From a virus: 64,000 nt of DNA. A model generated the notes under the pieces. It searched no databases. It saw only the letters and a list, made by a program, of their open reading frames with translations, and had not been told where the DNA came from. The stretch lies in IMG/VR virus record IMGVR_UViG_3300020438_004435; one strand, written 5' to 3'. Made by a program: the position numbers and the translations under genes. Shown piece after piece: positions 61,027-64,000 of the stretch. Every line of letters starts with the position of its first letter. Positions within the stretch are counted from its first letter, which is position 1.

Positions 61027-61647
61027 TTATTCTCCTATTTTTTCTAGTGTAACGTCCTTTTCTTCCATTTCAATCTTACCTGTTTCTTCTAGATAATCCT
61101 TTATTTCCTGAACTCTTTCATCTATGCCTATTGTCTCTAATTCTACTACCTCTAAATCAGGATGTCCATTCTTTATTACATGAATAGTATTTTTCATATG
61201 TATAGCTATCTTTTCCTGATACTCTGCATCAGTATCCCTTACACCATCCTCTTTAAGAAATTCTTTATAAGGTGGAATATATATAATTAAATCGAATGGA
61301 AAAGTATGCATAATAGCATTCATAATCCTACTTGAATAATTAACCGATTGTGAACTAACAAATCCATCTTGCATACATTGCATTGCATAAGCATGAGAAT
61401 CAATTATACATCTATCAAATAATGAATATTTGTGTGCATATTGAGCTTCTTGTGCATTTCTTAAATGAGTAAGAGTAATTAAATCTTGCGAATAATCATC
61501 CCCTTCTTTATTTATTTTTACATTAGAATTCTTAGCTAATGATCTAACCACTTCATCATATACATGCATCCATGGCATAGCTACTTTTAATTTATTTACT
61601 AATGTTGTCTTACCTGTTCCCTGTGCTCCTACAAAAGCTATTTTCAT
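61027..61647 (-). CDS. P-loop nucleotide kinase (AAA_28/dNMP-kinase-like)
   Basis: GAQGTGKTT; FDRCIID..AY; EDGVR. Confidence 0.75.
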   Translation of the reverse strand: MKIAFVGAQGTGKTTLVNKLKVAMPWMHVYDEVVRSLAKNSNVKINKEGDDYSQDLITLTHLRNAQEAQYAHKYSLFDRCIIDSHAYAMQCMQDGFVSSQSVNYSSRIMNAIMHTFPFDLIIYIPPYKEFLKEDGVRDTDAEYQEKIAIHMKNTIHVIKNGHPDLEVVELETIGIDERVQEIKDYLEETGKIEMEEKDVTLEKIGE

Positions 61648-61670
61648 ATTTTTCTCCTTTATTATAATAT

Positions 61671-61681
61671 AATATACAAAA
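61671..61681 (-). promoter_or_regulatory. TTTTGTATATT motif with an exact TAATTTTG (TAnnTTTG) match
   Basis: Minus strand TAATTTTGTATATT, 24 nt upstream of the kinase ATG. Confidence 0.5.
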
Positions 61682-62434
61682 TTATTTTAATATATCCAAC
61701 ACATATCGCTGATTTTTTAGCATTAATTCCTCATTTACTGAATATGGTTCCTCTAAATCAATTGTCCAATCGGGCTTCATATAATCATATTTATCCTCAA
61801 ATTTTATTCCATCTATGGCACAATGATATACTATACTAGTATCCACTCCTCTTATTAAGGATTTTTCTTCTGATGTATATTCCTTGAATTCATCTACTGT
61901 ACTCCAACATCCTAATAAATGAATATCTTTATTTTGAGGATTATTTGCTAATGCATATCTTACCGCCTCTGGCCTTCCTCCAGCAAATTGTGTCTCAGTA
62001 ACCTTTGGTACTGCTAATACATCTACATCATCATATTTGCTTAATGTATCCCATGTACTTTTCCATTCTTCAGGATTCTTTCCATGACAAACTACCTGCA
62101 ACTTTGTTTCTTCCATCATTAACCATAATTCAACCTTTGATAATGCTATATCGGTTGATTTGATTGTAGCTTTACCATCTCTATATACATCTGGTAATAC
62201 TATTTCTGATGGTCTTAATTCCTCTGCTGCTTTCATTACAACATCTGATTGTAATGCTTTATTACCTAATTCAATTAAAGAATTATCTAAAATGACATAT
62301 TCTCCATTAGCTAATTTTTGTTTATAAAATTCCGTATATTTAGGATATTTTAATATTAAATGTGTTAATGCCATATGATAATCAGTATTATCATATTTTA
62401 GGTCGTGTGTTGGACAAATAAATGCTACTTTCAT
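61682..62434 (-). CDS. TGT/DpdA-like TIM-barrel protein (candidate 7-deazaguanine DNA transglycosylase)
   Basis: ILDNSLIELG, VLPDV, VVCHG, HLLGC and GVDTS parallel the TGT-fold DSG/HxLG/SxDS motifs; lies between queD and queC. Confidence 0.6.
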   Translation of the reverse strand: MKVAFICPTHDLKYDNTDYHMALTHLILKYPKYTEFYKQKLANGEYVILDNSLIELGNKALQSDVVMKAAEELRPSEIVLPDVYRDGKATIKSTDIALSKVELWLMMEETKLQVVCHGKNPEEWKSTWDTLSKYDDVDVLAVPKVTETQFAGGRPEAVRYALANNPQNKDIHLLGCWSTVDEFKEYTSEEKSLIRGVDTSIVYHCAIDGIKFEDKYDYMKPDWTIDLEEPYSVNEELMLKNQRYVLDILK

Positions 62435-62443
62435 ATTATATTC

Positions 62444-62998
62444 TTAAATAAATGTTTTTGGATTATTATTTTGCTTTACATCATCATCTGTATCAGACAT
62501 AGTATTGCCATTAGGTATACCTGTTATTTCTCTAGGTTGATGAGTATCTACATTTGGATAGTATATTGCTGAATTATTTGTTCCGCCTTCAAATGATTCT
62601 ACCTTCAATACCCTTACTCTTCCGTTTGTTTCTTCTAACATCTTATCATTAATAAGATTATATACCCATTCTGCATATCTTTCACAACCAACATGATCCA
62701 TAACCCTTAATTGAACAAGTCCTACTTTATCCATCTTTCTAAATATTTCTAAATGTGGATCATCTGCAGCTACGACTGTTGTATGATCGAATTGATTTGC
62801 TAATTCCTCTTTGATGCCATTTCTTTTGAAACACCCAAAATCACAAACATAGTTCATGTGATCCAATTCACCCTCGAACCATACCTTAAATTTTAATGCA
62901 TACCCATGCACGAATTGGCAATGTGAATGTGTTGCTCTGTGTTGTCTAAATGCTGTACTAAATCCATCAAATATTTTTGTACTCTTAAATTGTGTCAT
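62444..62998 (-). CDS. queD: 6-carboxy-5,6,7,8-tetrahydropterin synthase
   Basis: SHCQFVHGY; VCDFG; FDHTT; GCERYAE. Confidence 0.9.
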   Translation of the reverse strand: MTQFKSTKIFDGFSTAFRQHRATHSHCQFVHGYALKFKVWFEGELDHMNYVCDFGCFKRNGIKEELANQFDHTTVVAADDPHLEIFRKMDKVGLVQLRVMDHVGCERYAEWVYNLINDKMLEETNGRVRVLKVESFEGGTNNSAIYYPNVDTHQPREITGIPNGNTMSDTDDDVKQNNNPKTFI

Positions 62999-63476
62999 TT
63001 TTTTCTCCGTTTAGGTTATATAATTCTGATTGATGTAGATCATCGCAGAACTTTTCGTAATTATTTATTAATGAGCTTTTATATCTATGATATTCATGCC
63101 CGGGTTTTCCATTAAGTGGTTTTCTTAATCTTTCAACAATCCTATTTCTGAGTATCATTGAAGCACTCATATCAGGTTGCCAATCATTATGGTATTTTTT
63201 AGGAAATTCATTAAGGTCTAATTTGGTTCCAGGTTTGAAATTACGTCTTCGCATTTCATTATTGACTGCACCTAATCTCTTTTTAAGATATACTAATTTA
63301 TTCTTAAAAAAATTTATATGACCCGTTCCCATCTTAAATATTGCAGGAACTGGAGATTTAATCTCAAAACCATGTTTTCTTAAACCACCTGTGATCATAG
63401 TGATTTCTACACTTTCAGCTATCAAATGCTGATCTGATAAATGTTTAGGATCTACTCCTATATTAACTCTTGCCAT
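62985..63476 (-). CDS. denV: Pyrimidine-dimer DNA glycosylase / endonuclease V
   Basis: MARVN..LSDQHLIAESVE..MGTGHINFF; start 63476 preferred. Confidence 0.8.
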   Translation of the reverse strand: MARVNIGVDPKHLSDQHLIAESVEITMITGGLRKHGFEIKSPVPAIFKMGTGHINFFKNKLVYLKKRLGAVNNEMRRRNFKPGTKLDLNEFPKKYHNDWQPDMSASMILRNRIVERLRKPLNGKPGHEYHRYKSSLINNYEKFCDDLHQSELYNLNGEKNDTI

Positions 63477-63488
63477 AACTATTTTATT

Positions 63489-63499
63489 AATATACAAAA
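63489..63499 (-). promoter_or_regulatory. TTTTGTATATT motif
   Basis: 13 nt upstream of the denV ATG. Confidence 0.5.
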
Positions 63500-63554
63500 A
63501 ATTATTTTAACTACCAAATTTATTATAAATTATTATTTTTATACATTTCAATGT

Positions 63555-63743
63555 TTATTCCCATTTTCTATTGTATTTTTCCCTTTGATCAATTAATACA
63601 TATTCTACTGTATCGTGATGACCACAATGAGGACATCTTAATTTTTCCAATTTATCTGCCTCATTGATTTTCCATTCACCTTCGCATTTTTTATTGCTAC
63701 ATTTGTAAATGTATGTATGTCTTATAAATACTTTGTGTCCCAT
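63555..63743 (-). CDS. Small zinc-ribbon protein
   Basis: CSNKKC and CPHCG. Confidence 0.65.
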   Translation of the reverse strand: MGHKVFIRHTYIYKCSNKKCEGEWKINEADKLEKLRCPHCGHHDTVEYVLIDQREKYNRKWE

Positions 63744-63780
63744 TTGAATACCCCAATTGTTTATTAGTACACATAACCAT

Positions 63781-63951
63781 TTATATATTATTTTTATATG
63801 GACAATGTCTGCAGTTAGAGTTGCAGCAAGAGCCTCTTCTTTTATGATACATTTCGGTCATAACCATTTTTCCCTCTTCCCAATAAAATTCATCTGGTTT
63901 TAATTTAGGTTTAAGGAATTCCTTATAATATAAATCCTGTATCCAATCCAC
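63781..63951 (-). CDS. DUF5522-like small Cys-rich protein
   Basis: YHKRRGSCCNSNCRHCPY; GTG start at 63951 proposed because the longer ORF overlaps the upstream gene. Confidence 0.6.
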   Translation of the reverse strand: MDWIQDLYYKEFLKPKLKPDEFYWEEGKMVMTEMYHKRRGSCCNSNCRHCPYKNNI

Positions 63952-63952
63952 T

Positions 63953-64000
63953 TTATTTGACCTCACAACTTCCTCCTGCACAAGCTAATTCGCCTGCAAG
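63953..64000 (-). CDS. C-terminal tip of a probable class II (B12-dependent) ribonucleotide reductase, partial
   Basis: Minus strand reads LAGELACAGGSCEVK-stop, matching the ELACAGGxCE C-terminal redox-Cys motif of monomeric NrdJ-type enzymes; only 15 codons visible. Confidence 0.6.
   Translation of the reverse strand, partial: LAGELACAGGSCEVK

Noticed and set aside
63723-63730. TATTTATA copy as a promoter
   Set aside because: Lies inside the zinc-ribbon CDS; chance occurrence is likely in AT-rich DNA
63952-63981. Track start (63981) for the last small ORF
   Set aside because: That stretch encodes the ELACAGGSCEVK end of the upstream gene in another frame; GTG at 63951 is the better start

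Overview
AT-rich 64 kb segment of a large dsDNA tailed phage with a T4-like replication module. All credible genes are on the minus strand, tightly coupled, and intact in the standard code; the + strand ORFs in the track look like antisense shadows. From left to right: (1) 1-11.3 kb and 22-24.1 kb, a late/virion region with a tail-fibre-like ORF, an Hc1 histone-like protein, a family of probable head-packaged proteins sharing an N-terminal M(I)KLKDILNE-type leader, and an amidase endolysin; (2) 11.3-22 kb, an embedded Bacteroidota-type cell-envelope operon (1706-aa type IX secretion cargo with a MAM domain and about 38 Cys repeats, a TonB-dependent receptor, a probable beta-barrel protein, a lipoprotein, small membrane proteins, a thermonuclease); (3) 24.6-47.2 kb, a glycosylation island of about 22.5 kb (a dozen or so glycosyltransferase-like genes, NeuA/NeuB, a UDP-glucose dehydrogenase-like enzyme, two epimerases, a methyltransferase, DUF4910); (4) 47-57 kb, replication and chaperone genes (SET protein, exonuclease, clamp loader, clamp, family B polymerase, GroEL/GroES); (5) 57-64 kb, a 7-deazaguanine DNA-modification cluster (FolE, QueD, QueE, QueC, DpdA/TGT-like) interleaved with a phosphoribosyltransferase, a nucleotide kinase, a MazG-like pyrophosphohydrolase and a PD-(D/E)XK nuclease, then DenV and the C-terminal tip of a probable class II ribonucleotide reductase. 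All product calls come from motif recognition by eye; no database searches were run.
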